From contig JASLJT010000181.1 of NCBI GenBank assembly GCA_030747955.1, forward strand, positions 1,940 to 65,939: a stretch of DNA of 64,000 nucleotides, read 5' to 3'. Below, piece after piece: positions 48,113-56,262 of the stretch (positions are counted from its first letter, which is position 1; each line of letters starts with the position of its first letter). The stretch comes from Verrucomicrobiales bacterium (lineage in GTDB: Bacteria > Verrucomicrobiota > Verrucomicrobiia > Verrucomicrobiales > DEV007). The notes below the pieces were generated by a model. The model was not told the origin of the DNA and did no database searches. It saw only the letters and a program-made list of their open reading frames with translations. Position numbers and translations under genes: made by a program.

Positions 48113-48189
48113 GGTGGCCGTAGCTCAGTTGGTAGAGCCCCGGTTTGTGGTTCCGGTTGTCGCGGGTTCAAGTCCCGTCGGTCACCCCA
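48113..48189 (+). tRNA. tRNA-His (anticodon GTG) with genome-encoded G-1 and CCA
   Basis: Hand-folded cloverleaf: acceptor GTGGCCG/CGGTCAC, D arm GCTC-AGTTGGTA-GAGC, anticodon loop TTGTGGT, T arm GCGGG-TTCAAGT-CCCGT. An extra 5' G at 48113 lies opposite discriminator C73. CCA is encoded at 48187-48189. Confidence 0.9.
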
Positions 48190-48243
48190 TTTGATTTCTA
48201 AATCTGTTGTTTTTAGTTTTTAAAAGTATGTTTTTTCGCGCAA

Positions 48244-48942
48244 ATGGACTCTATAGAGAAACGAATCGGTTACAGTTTTGAAAACCCTAGACTTCTCTCT
48301 GAAGCTTTAACGCACCCAAGCCTCGCGTATGAAAACCAGGATAGTGGTTCTGATAATCAACGCTTAGAATTTCTTGGTGACGCTGTTTTGCAACTAGTGT
48401 TGACCTATGAATTGTTTACTATGTTTCCTGATTTTTCAGAGGGTCATTTGACCAAATTAAGGTCCCGATTGGTTTCAACCGAAGCGCTTGAGGAGTATGC
48501 ATTGGGGATTGATCTTGGTACTTTTGTTTTGCTTGGTAAGGGAGAAGAGCGAACGGGAGGTAGAAGTCGTCAGGGCGTCTTAGCTGATGCTTTTGAGGCA
48601 CTAATTGGTGCGGTCTACTTAGACAGTGGTTTTGAATCAGCGAAGGGGTTTATATTGAATTCTTGTAAGATAAAATTCGCTCAAATTGTTGCCGAACCTA
48701 TTGAAAAAAACCCAAAGGGTGAATTACAGGAGGTCCTCCAAAAAATATCTCAATTTGCCCCCACTTATCGGGTTCTAAATCAGGAAGGTCCCGACCACGA
48801 CTGTTCATTCGAGACTGAAGTCTTGTGGGATGGTCGAGTCCTTGGTGTTGGTCAGGGAAAAAACAAAAAAGAGTCAGAACGATCTGCTGCTCAAAACGCA
48901 CTCGTAAAATCTCTATGGATAGATACAAACAGTTCTCAATAA
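48244..48942 (+). CDS. rnc: ribonuclease III
   Basis: NQRLEFLGDAVLQLV signature, a catalytic ADAFEALIGAVYLD segment and a C-terminal dsRBD (PKGELQE..GPDH..F.., AAQNAL). Confidence 0.95.
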   Translation: MDSIEKRIGYSFENPRLLSEALTHPSLAYENQDSGSDNQRLEFLGDAVLQLVLTYELFTMFPDFSEGHLTKLRSRLVSTEALEEYALGIDLGTFVLLGKGEERTGGRSRQGVLADAFEALIGAVYLDSGFESAKGFILNSCKIKFAQIVAEPIEKNPKGELQEVLQKISQFAPTYRVLNQEGPDHDCSFETEVLWDGRVLGVGQGKNKKESERSAAQNALVKSLWIDTNSSQ

Positions 48943-49246
48943 CTTGTTAATATGTGTTCCCAAAATAAATTATTGGTTTTGTTAATAAGCCGGAACTTGT
49001 GTCTGTAAATTTAGTTATGGAAAAATGCTCACAGGTTTAGCTCGCTTATTGGTATCTTATTCACTGTTTTTGAATAGTCATCCGGTACTGTGGAACAGCC
49101 TATTTTTGCATGTGGAATAGATTTTTCATAGGTTATTAACACTTAGAAGAAGAAGAAGAAATTATATTCCTTTAAATTATTTATCTTAGAGTGTTGTGAA
49201 AACTATTTAAAAGGGTCCCCTCTTTCCACTATATTGATATCATCTT

Positions 49247-50017
49247 ATGATAATAGCTAGAGGACTCGTTGCTTTATTTCTCATTCCATTAGTTGGGTTG
49301 CTCCATTTTCTTTTTGCTACTCAGTTTGAAATTTATGAGCAGCGACCCGTGTGGGCAGCTGTTGTTATTCTTGCTTCATTGATTGTTCTTGCCAGGCTAT
49401 TAATCAAAGCTAGCAAAAATAGAAAAACTCTCTTTTTGCTAAATCTGATAGCTTGGTGCATGGCTCTTTTACTTGTTTGGTGGGTTGAAGATTTCACTCA
49501 TTATCCCGCGTTAGATACAAGCTACAAATTGGGTCAGAAAATTAATTGGTCTGACAAAGAACAACTGCAGGACAATCAGGGGCGTCCATTTGATATAGGG
49601 TCTCAACTTAATCAAGCAGATCAAACACTACTTATTTTTTACAGGGGTCACTGGTGACCATACTGTGTTGCTGAGCTCGTGAAGCTAGAAAACAAAATAG
49701 AAGAACTTAACTCGATGGGAATACAGGTCATAGCAATCTGCAAAGGGACTGCTCAAGATTCTCAAAGAACAAAAAATAAAACCAAAGGATTCTTTTCTTT
49801 TGTTTCAGATCCTAGCGGATCATTCATTGATAGTCTTGGATTATTAGATGAGGGAGGAAACCCGCTTACGGGTGAAGACACTGCACGAATTGGTAAAATG
49901 TTAGTCGATAAAAAAGCGGAGATATTCTGGTTTAGATTCACAGAAAATAATAGAGTTAGAATAGCCTCAACGGAGCTAATTTCGCAAATAGAGCAAGTTA
50001 TAAAAAACCGTAAATGA
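49247..50017 (+). CDS. membrane-anchored PRX_like2/AhpC-TSA (redoxin) family protein with in-frame TGA at the redox Cys position; candidate selenoprotein (UxxC)
   Basis: Track ORFs 49247..49657 and 49679..50017 share one frame. They are separated only by TGA (49655-49657) and 7 sense codons. The joined sequence reads LLIFYRGHW-[TGA]-PYCVAELVKL..GIQVIAIC, matching the FYRGxWCPxC redoxin motif. The N-terminus has ~3 TM helices. Confidence 0.6.
49668..49690 (+). promoter_or_regulatory. candidate bacterial SECIS-like hairpin
   Basis: Hand fold: UU(G)CU(G)AGCU-CGUGA-AGCUAGAA, 8 bp with two single-G bulges. The apical loop contains GU and starts 20 nt after the UGA. Confidence 0.35.
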
Positions 50018-50024
50018 CTTAATA

Positions 50025-51920
50025 TCAATGAGTTACACTTCTGTTTTTGCTTATCCAAATAGTCAACACCGCTATATCAGCCGGAGTTATTCCACTAACA
50101 CGAGAGGCCTGTCCTAACGTTTTAGGTTTAATTTTATTGAGACGAACAGAAGCTTCTTTTTTCAAACCACTAATTAAATTATAATCGAGCCCATCAGGTA
50201 TAGAGACACTCTCCATGTTTTCTGTTCTAGCGATCATTTGTTCTTGTCGTGCAATGTACCCAGCATTTTTGCACTCTATCTCAACCAATCGCCAAATTTC
50301 TTCACTAAACAATGATTGTATATCTTCAGGCAATTTACTTAACCCATTCCCTGGCTTGCGAAACCACTCATTGATCCTTAAACCTTCAAGGTTCTTCTTA
50401 TGAGCTAAATCCAAAGCAACGGTATAATCTTCTTTTTTCTTCTTTATTCTTTTTAGCCTTTCTCCCCCCACCAAACCAAAGTCCGAGGACCACTCAGTTA
50501 ATCTAAGGTCGGCATTATCCTGTCTTAATAAAAGTCTATACTCTGCCCGGCTAGTGAACATTCTATAAGGCTCAGTTACACCACGGGTTACCAAATCATC
50601 AATCATTACACCAATATATGATTTTGACCTTGGTAATATTAGAGGCTCTTTGCTCTGGCTTTTAAGAGCCGCGTTAGCACCAGCAACCAGACCTTGTGCT
50701 GCTGCTTCTTCATAACCAGAGGTTCCATTAATTTGACCCGCAAAATAAAGGCCTCCGATAATCTTTGTTTCTAGTGTTGGCTGAAGTTGTGTCGGTGGAC
50801 AGAAATCATACTCTACAGCATACCCAGGACGTATAATTTCTGCATTCTCTAATCCTTTAATGGATCGTATAAATTCATATTGTATTGAATAAGGCAAAGA
50901 CGTGGATACACCATTGACGTAATATTCATTTGTTTGGCGCCCCTCTGGCTCCAAAAAGACCTGATGGCGCTCGCGGTCTGCAAATCTTACTACCTTATCT
51001 TCTATCGATGGACAATATCTTGGACCAACTCCCTCAATAACACCACTATGCATCGGAGATTGATCCAAATTGGATCGAATTACATCATGTGTGGATCCAT
51101 TTGTATATGTTATCCAACAAGGCAGTTGTTCCACGTGGAACATTGGATCAGACCAATTATTTAGGGTAAAAGTATCTAAACCTGATGAAGGTTTGTTATT
51201 TTTAACAATTGTGTCCGCAAGGAAACTAAATTTGGGTGGGGGCTCATCGCCATCTTGCCTCTCACAAAGATTAGTATTAATAGATCTACCATTTAAACGG
51301 CAAGGGGTCCCCGTTTTGAACCGTTCGATTTCGATACCCAAATCCTTCAAAGAATCTGAAATCGTCGAAATACCATCACCCATCCTACCACCAGCTTGAT
51401 TTTCTTTACCAACATGCATCAAACCCCGCATAAAGGTTCCAGAGCTAATGATAATCGATTCGGTATGATATTCGACGCCCAGATTAGTACGGATTCCGTA
51501 AACCTCATCATTTTTAATCAAGAGGTTTGCTACATTACCCTGGTGCAAATCCAAACCATTTTGACACTCCAATTCAAACTTTATTCTAAACTGGTAAGCT
51601 TTCTTATCACATTGAGCTCTCGGGGCTCGTACACTTGGTCCCTTAGATGCATTTAACATTCTAAATTGAATACCGGTCGCATCAGTGTTCAGCCCCATTA
51701 ATCCACCAAGCGCATCAATTTCTCTAACTATATGCCCCTTACCCAATCCTCCAATAGCAGGGTTACATGACATCTGCCCAATGGTATCGAGATTCTGAGT
51801 AATGACTGCAACCTGGCAACCCATCCGAGCTGCGGCCATTGCTGCTTCGACTCCAGCGTGACCTGCTCCAATAACAAGAACGTGATATTTTTTGGGATGG
51901 ATGTAATTACTCAAAATCAA
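50025..51920 (-). CDS. mnmG: tRNA uridine-5-carboxymethylaminomethyl modification enzyme MnmG (GidA)
   Basis: HVLVIGAGHAGVEAAMAAARMG FAD motif, with GidA-typical sequence throughout (QMSCNPAIGG, GPRYCPSIEDK, TSRAEYRLLLRQDNAD). TTG start at 51920. Confidence 0.95.
   Translation of the reverse strand: MILSNYIHPKKYHVLVIGAGHAGVEAAMAAARMGCQVAVITQNLDTIGQMSCNPAIGGLGKGHIVREIDALGGLMGLNTDATGIQFRMLNASKGPSVRAPRAQCDKKAYQFRIKFELECQNGLDLHQGNVANLLIKNDEVYGIRTNLGVEYHTESIIISSGTFMRGLMHVGKENQAGGRMGDGISTISDSLKDLGIEIERFKTGTPCRLNGRSINTNLCERQDGDEPPPKFSFLADTIVKNNKPSSGLDTFTLNNWSDPMFHVEQLPCWITYTNGSTHDVIRSNLDQSPMHSGVIEGVGPRYCPSIEDKVVRFADRERHQVFLEPEGRQTNEYYVNGVSTSLPYSIQYEFIRSIKGLENAEIIRPGYAVEYDFCPPTQLQPTLETKIIGGLYFAGQINGTSGYEEAAAQGLVAGANAALKSQSKEPLILPRSKSYIGVMIDDLVTRGVTEPYRMFTSRAEYRLLLRQDNADLRLTEWSSDFGLVGGERLKRIKKKKEDYTVALDLAHKKNLEGLRINEWFRKPGNGLSKLPEDIQSLFSEEIWRLVEIECKNAGYIARQEQMIARTENMESVSIPDGLDYNLISGLKKEASVRLNKIKPKTLGQASRVSGITPADIAVLTIWISKNRSVTH
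51127..51142. repeat. 16-bp perfect palindrome TGTTCCACGTGGAACA, copy 1 (inside mnmG coding sequence)
   Basis: Read directly from the sequence. Identical to copy 2. The shared 18-mer TGTTCCACGTGGAACATT is in inverted orientation. Confidence 0.9.
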
Positions 51921-51999
51921 TATTAGTGAATGGTTTAAATTTTGATTCGAAGATGTTCGAAAGCAACGCCTTTTCAGCCATTATTCACCTAAAACAGAA

Positions 52000-52015
52000 T
52001 GTTCCACGTGGAACA
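52000..52015. repeat. 16-bp perfect palindrome TGTTCCACGTGGAACA, copy 2 (80-95 nt upstream of the mnmG start, in the divergent intergenic region)
   Basis: Read directly from the sequence. It lies between mnmG (-) and the 52250 membrane-protein gene (+). Candidate operator. Confidence 0.9.
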
Positions 52016-52249
52016 CAAAAAGAGCTGCATTGATTTTTTAGCATGAAAAACAAGGGAAATAAATATTTATTTTGTTGTATGTTATTGGTTATTAGGGGTT
52101 TACAATGGAATAACCATAAACTGTAAAGGTATCAACATGATAATTACCAACCAATTTTATTCATTAAACACCATAATAGATTTTAGGCTTACAATTTTTA
52201 CAAACCGCTCTAGCGGGGAGCAAAAAATGAGATACTTTTCTATCAAAGA

Positions 52250-52837
52250 ATGTTCAAGCGCATTTCATTAATCTTTTTGCTTCTAGTCATGTTTGTTGTG
52301 GTTCGAGTAGTGCCCGCCTATCTCGGCCAAACAACAGCAGAAGCATTTGCTAACATTTCACCACTAGCAGCACTGGCTCTCTGTGGAGGAATGATGTTCC
52401 CAACGAGGATCGCCTTTATGCTCACCTTTGGAACCTTCATCACAAGTGACATAATACTCAATCTTAAATATGAGCAGCCAATCATAAATTACTATTCACT
52501 TTTTCTTTTAGTTTTATTTGCTGTCATTTTCACTTGTGGATATCTACTAAGAAAACATAGAAGAATTAATGTTCTGTTAGGCTGCACCATCGCATCGAGC
52601 TTACTGTTTTATCTTCTTTTGAATTCAGTATCCTTTTTCATGGATCCACACTATACCAAAAATATAGCAGGGTGGTTTCAAGCAAACACAACGGGCGTCC
52701 CAGGATATCCCCCCGCTTGGCTATTTGGCATCCGGACATTGGTTAGCAATTCAATATTTGCACTCGTCTTTTACTTTGCCTTAAGCCCCAAATCTGACAC
52801 ATTAATGAAAGCGCCGCACCTTTCTCAAACCACCTAG
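52250..52837 (+). CDS. polytopic membrane protein, DUF6580-like putative transporter component
   Basis: 195 aa with 5-6 hydrophobic helices. FANISPLAALALCGGMMF resembles the DUF6580 N-terminal pattern. Confidence 0.5.
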   Translation: MFKRISLIFLLLVMFVVVRVVPAYLGQTTAEAFANISPLAALALCGGMMFPTRIAFMLTFGTFITSDIILNLKYEQPIINYYSLFLLVLFAVIFTCGYLLRKHRRINVLLGCTIASSLLFYLLLNSVSFFMDPHYTKNIAGWFQANTTGVPGYPPAWLFGIRTLVSNSIFALVFYFALSPKSDTLMKAPHLSQTT

Positions 52838-52851
52838 ATTCTTTGCAAACT

Positions 52852-53925
52852 ATGCTAGAACAAATTGAGTCCCATAAATATAGCGAACAAGAAGTGAATA
52901 AGTCACTTTCTGATACGGAGAAGATAGAATTTTTACGCCAAATGGTACGTATCAGGCGCTTTGAAGAAGCATCCTTAAAGTACTATAATGCAGGTAAAAT
53001 GGGTGGATTTTTGCATCTGTACATTGGTCAGGAATCAATCGCAGTTGGCACGGCATCTTTATGTGGTGACAATGATCACATGATCACGGCCTATCGCGAT
53101 CACGGCCATGCACTAGCTGTTGGAATGTCTATGAATGAGTGTATGGCTGAGCTCTATGGAAAAAAAACAGGTTGCTCAAAGGGAAAGGGAGGATCGATGC
53201 ACTTTTTTGCTCCTGATAAAAATTATTGGGGCGGACATGGCATTGTAGCTGGGCAGACTCCACTCGGGTTGGGATTAGCATACGGGCTGAAATATAATGA
53301 AGAGAAAGGGGCCGCTCTATGTTTCTTAGGAGATGGAGCCGTTAATCAAGGATCTTTTCATGAATCTCTTAACTTAGCTCAGTTGTGGGAATTACCGGTA
53401 ATTTACGTTATAGAAAATAATGGATATTCAATGGGAACTAGCCAAAAACGTTCCTCAGCATTTAATAATTGTTTAGCGCAGAGAGGAGATGCATATGGAA
53501 TAGAGTGGGATGTTGCTAAAGGTAATGACATCTATGAAGTGAGGGCCAAAACCAAAGAAGCGATGGACAGGGCTCACAACGAGTCACAACCCACGATATT
53601 AGAATTTGATACTTACCGTTACCAGGGACATTCAGTAGCAGATGCTAATGCTAAAAAATACCGATCCCCAGAGGAGATAGATTATTACAAAGAAAATTAT
53701 GACCCGATTAGCGTTTGGAAAAAACGCCTTTTTGAGGAGAGCGTCATTGATGAGAGCGGCTATAAAGAATTAGATAATGCGGCCAAGAGCGAAGCTAAGG
53801 ATTCAGTGACCTTTGCTGAAGAAAGTGATTTTCCTGATCTTTCAGAAATCACGGATGATGTTTATTACGAGGTCGATAATCAAACAGAATCAGGAAAACA
53901 GGGAAAACATTTTTTTCATGACTAA
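52852..53925 (+). CDS. pdhA: pyruvate (2-oxoacid) dehydrogenase E1 component, alpha subunit
   Basis: FLHLYIGQE, YRDHGHAL, GKGGSMH, the GDGAVNQG ThDP motif and YRYQGHS. ATG at 52852; the track start 52843 is TTG. Confidence 0.9.
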   Translation: MLEQIESHKYSEQEVNKSLSDTEKIEFLRQMVRIRRFEEASLKYYNAGKMGGFLHLYIGQESIAVGTASLCGDNDHMITAYRDHGHALAVGMSMNECMAELYGKKTGCSKGKGGSMHFFAPDKNYWGGHGIVAGQTPLGLGLAYGLKYNEEKGAALCFLGDGAVNQGSFHESLNLAQLWELPVIYVIENNGYSMGTSQKRSSAFNNCLAQRGDAYGIEWDVAKGNDIYEVRAKTKEAMDRAHNESQPTILEFDTYRYQGHSVADANAKKYRSPEEIDYYKENYDPISVWKKRLFEESVIDESGYKELDNAAKSEAKDSVTFAEESDFPDLSEITDDVYYEVDNQTESGKQGKHFFHD

Positions 53926-53970
53926 AACCCCTTTTGCTGGATAACAAATTAGCTTAAAGAAACGAATAAT

Positions 53971-54954
53971 ATGGCTTTAACATTATACCGCCAAGCACTT
54001 AACAGGGCACTCGATGAAGAGCTAGCCAATGACGATAAGGTCGTCATTATTGGTGAAGAAGTGGCAGAATATAACGGTGCTTATAAAGTCACTGAGGGAT
54101 TATGGAAAAAATGGGGGGATAAGAGAGTAGTTGATACACCCATATCAGAAGCTGGATTTATAGGAATGGGAATAGGAGCTTCAATGCTCGGAGTTCGACC
54201 CGTGATGGAACTAATGTTTTTTAGTTTTGCATACGTTGCTTTGGACCAAATGATTAACAACGCCGCGTGCGTTCGATACATGTCCGGCGGTTCAATAAAT
54301 TGTCCAATAGTTGTCAGAGGGCCTGCGAATGGCGGCACGAGTGTTGGCGCAACACATTCCCATACACCTGAAAATTTATTTGCTAACGTGCCAGGCCTTA
54401 AAGTTGTTGCTCCGGCAACAGCCCATGATGCGTATGGTCTAATGAAATCGGCGATCCGGGACAATGATCCGGTCTATGTGATGGAAAACACAATACTTTA
54501 TGGAGACCCTGCCGCTGCTTCGGATTTGTCAGACGAAGAGTTCACGGTACCAATTGGCTCCGCAGAAGTTAAGAAACAGGGAACAGATGTTAGCTTAATT
54601 GCTCATGGTCGTTCAGTTATTGTTGCTCTTGAGGCAGCAAAACAATTAGGTGAGGAGAAAGGCATTAATGCAGAGGTAGTCGATTTGCGTTCAATTAGAC
54701 CCCTCGACGAAGAAACAATATTAAAGTCTGTGGAAAAAACTAACCGGGCCGTATTGATTGACGAAAACAAACCGTTCTGTGGCGTCAGTTCACAAATTGC
54801 AGCAACCATTCAGGAAAAGGCATTTGATAGTTTAGATGCTCCCGTTTTAAGAGTGACCTCAATTGATGCTCCAGCAATTTACAGCCCACCTCTTGAGAAA
54901 GAACAAATCCCAAATGTTAGCCGAGTCGTTGATATGGTTCAGAAGCTCGGCTAA
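53971..54954 (+). CDS. pdhB: pyruvate (2-oxoacid) dehydrogenase E1 component, beta subunit
   Basis: VVIIGEEVAEYNGAYKVT, VVDTPISEAGF, HSHTPE and LRSIRPLD are typical transketolase-like E1 beta motifs. Confidence 0.9.
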   Translation: MALTLYRQALNRALDEELANDDKVVIIGEEVAEYNGAYKVTEGLWKKWGDKRVVDTPISEAGFIGMGIGASMLGVRPVMELMFFSFAYVALDQMINNAACVRYMSGGSINCPIVVRGPANGGTSVGATHSHTPENLFANVPGLKVVAPATAHDAYGLMKSAIRDNDPVYVMENTILYGDPAAASDLSDEEFTVPIGSAEVKKQGTDVSLIAHGRSVIVALEAAKQLGEEKGINAEVVDLRSIRPLDEETILKSVEKTNRAVLIDENKPFCGVSSQIAATIQEKAFDSLDAPVLRVTSIDAPAIYSPPLEKEQIPNVSRVVDMVQKLG

Positions 54955-54983
54955 AACTACAGAAAATACTAAACGACAATAAG

Positions 54984-56231
54984 ATGCCCGATTTTGTTCA
55001 AATGCCTCAACTGAGTGATACAATGACCGAAGGTACTGTTGTGAAGTGGCTCGTTAAGGTCGGTGATAAAGTCGATGTATCGGATCCCATAGCCGAAATC
55101 GAGACCGATAAAGCTACGATGGAAATGGTTGCTTTTGATGAAGGCATAATTGGAGCTATTTATGCAGAGGAAGGAACCACAGCTCCACTCGGTGAAGTTT
55201 TAGCTGTAATTGTACAAGAAGGTGAAGAGGTTCCTGATAAGTCAGCTGCTCTCGCGGCATCAGGTCCTGAGCCTGAAAAACCAGAAGAAGACAAAGAAGT
55301 ACAAAATCAGGAAGCCACCAGCAAAACTCCTGAAAATAACCCTGCGCCCGCGGCAAGTGATGAAAGAATCAAAGCCTCTCCCTTGGCAAAAAAAATAGCC
55401 AACTCTAAAGGCATTAATCTATCTGAAGTGAAAGGTACGGGGCCGGGCGGTAGGATTGTAAAAAAGGATTTAGACAATCATAAAGCCTCAGCAGGTTCAC
55501 CGACCGTATCGACCCCTCAAAGATCACAACCCTTAACAAGTGAAGATCAAAGGATTCCTCTTACAGGAATGCGCAATATTATTGCCCAACGATTACTCGA
55601 ATCTAAAACTCAGATTCCCCATTTTTATCTCAACGTTGAGTTTGATGCCGCGCCCCTAATGAACCTTAGGAAACAAGCAAATTCTGCCGCAGAAGAAGGA
55701 GACAATAAGTTCACAGTAAATGATTTCATTCTCAAAGCGGTCGCAAATGCTGCGGCCTCTGTGCCTGAAGTTAATTCTTCCTTTGATGGGGACTCCATTA
55801 TCCAGTATGGATCCGTTAATCTTTCTGTGGCGATTGCGGTGGAAGATGGATTAGTCACGCCCGTAATACCTGATGCTCAACAAAAGAGTCTCCTCGAAAT
55901 TAGTTTGGCAGTAAAAGATTTGGCTCAGAGGGCACGTGCCAAAAAACTTTCCCCTGATGAATTTTCCAGAGGAACCATAACTGTTTCTACCTTAGGAGCT
56001 TATGGAATTGATAGCTTTGATGCTATTATTAATCCTCCTCAAGCCGCGATCCTTTCTATTGGCAGCATCAAAAGCATGCCGGTAGTTGATGACGAAGGGA
56101 ACCTTGTAGCTGGGCTGCGCATGAAAGTCGGGATGAGTTGCGATCACCGGGTAGTTGATGGAGCGGTAGGCGCAAAGTATCTCGCAGAGCTCAAAAGGCG
56201 TATCGAAAATCCGGCTAGCATGTTAATTTAG
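54984..56231 (+). CDS. pdhC: dihydrolipoamide acetyltransferase (E2) with one lipoyl domain
   Basis: Lipoyl site IETDKATME, Pro/Glu-rich linker, E3-binding ASPLAKKIA..GTGPGGRI, and catalytic SCDHRVVDGA. Confidence 0.9.
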   Translation: MPDFVQMPQLSDTMTEGTVVKWLVKVGDKVDVSDPIAEIETDKATMEMVAFDEGIIGAIYAEEGTTAPLGEVLAVIVQEGEEVPDKSAALAASGPEPEKPEEDKEVQNQEATSKTPENNPAPAASDERIKASPLAKKIANSKGINLSEVKGTGPGGRIVKKDLDNHKASAGSPTVSTPQRSQPLTSEDQRIPLTGMRNIIAQRLLESKTQIPHFYLNVEFDAAPLMNLRKQANSAAEEGDNKFTVNDFILKAVANAAASVPEVNSSFDGDSIIQYGSVNLSVAIAVEDGLVTPVIPDAQQKSLLEISLAVKDLAQRARAKKLSPDEFSRGTITVSTLGAYGIDSFDAIINPPQAAILSIGSIKSMPVVDDEGNLVAGLRMKVGMSCDHRVVDGAVGAKYLAELKRRIENPASMLI

Positions 56232-56262
56232 GATTAGCCAATTAGCGGTTATCCAAATTAGG

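Noticed and set aside
47962-48171. 69-aa minus-strand ORF
   Set aside because: It overlaps the hand-folded tRNA-His and its leader hairpin on the opposite strand, and its sequence (..EPQTGALPTELRPP..) is the typical artefact of translating a tRNA antisense. It is not a gene.
48943-49246. Possible tRNA-Sec (selC) or other structured RNA in the 304-bp gap upstream of the candidate selenoprotein gene
   Set aside because: The region is AT-rich. I could find no GC-rich acceptor stem, no UCA anticodon loop context and no long variable arm. There is only a (GAA)5 microsatellite at 49146..49160, which is too short to be meaningful.
49655-49657. Interpreting the TGA as a simple nonsense mutation (pseudogene) or as two separate genes
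   Set aside because: This is not fully excluded, but it is disfavoured. The stop falls exactly on the catalytic Cys column, the frame is maintained, the downstream part still encodes an intact-looking thioredoxin fold, and it lacks its own plausible start or leader. This is kept as the alternative hypothesis in the finding.
52000-52015. Calling the palindrome a canonical LexA/SOS box
   Set aside because: The half-sites match my recollection of the Verrucomicrobial LexA consensus (TGTTC-N4-GAACA), but the spacer here is 6 nt. In addition, neither mnmG nor the adjacent membrane-protein gene is a typical SOS gene, and I saw no such box upstream of recG or recJ in this window.
51921-52249. Riboswitch upstream of the DUF6580-like transporter gene
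   Set aside because: The 330-bp leader has small hairpins (TGGTTATT..AATAACCA and CCGC-TCTA-GCGG), but I recognised no conserved riboswitch core such as a B12 box, a THI box or a SAM motif.
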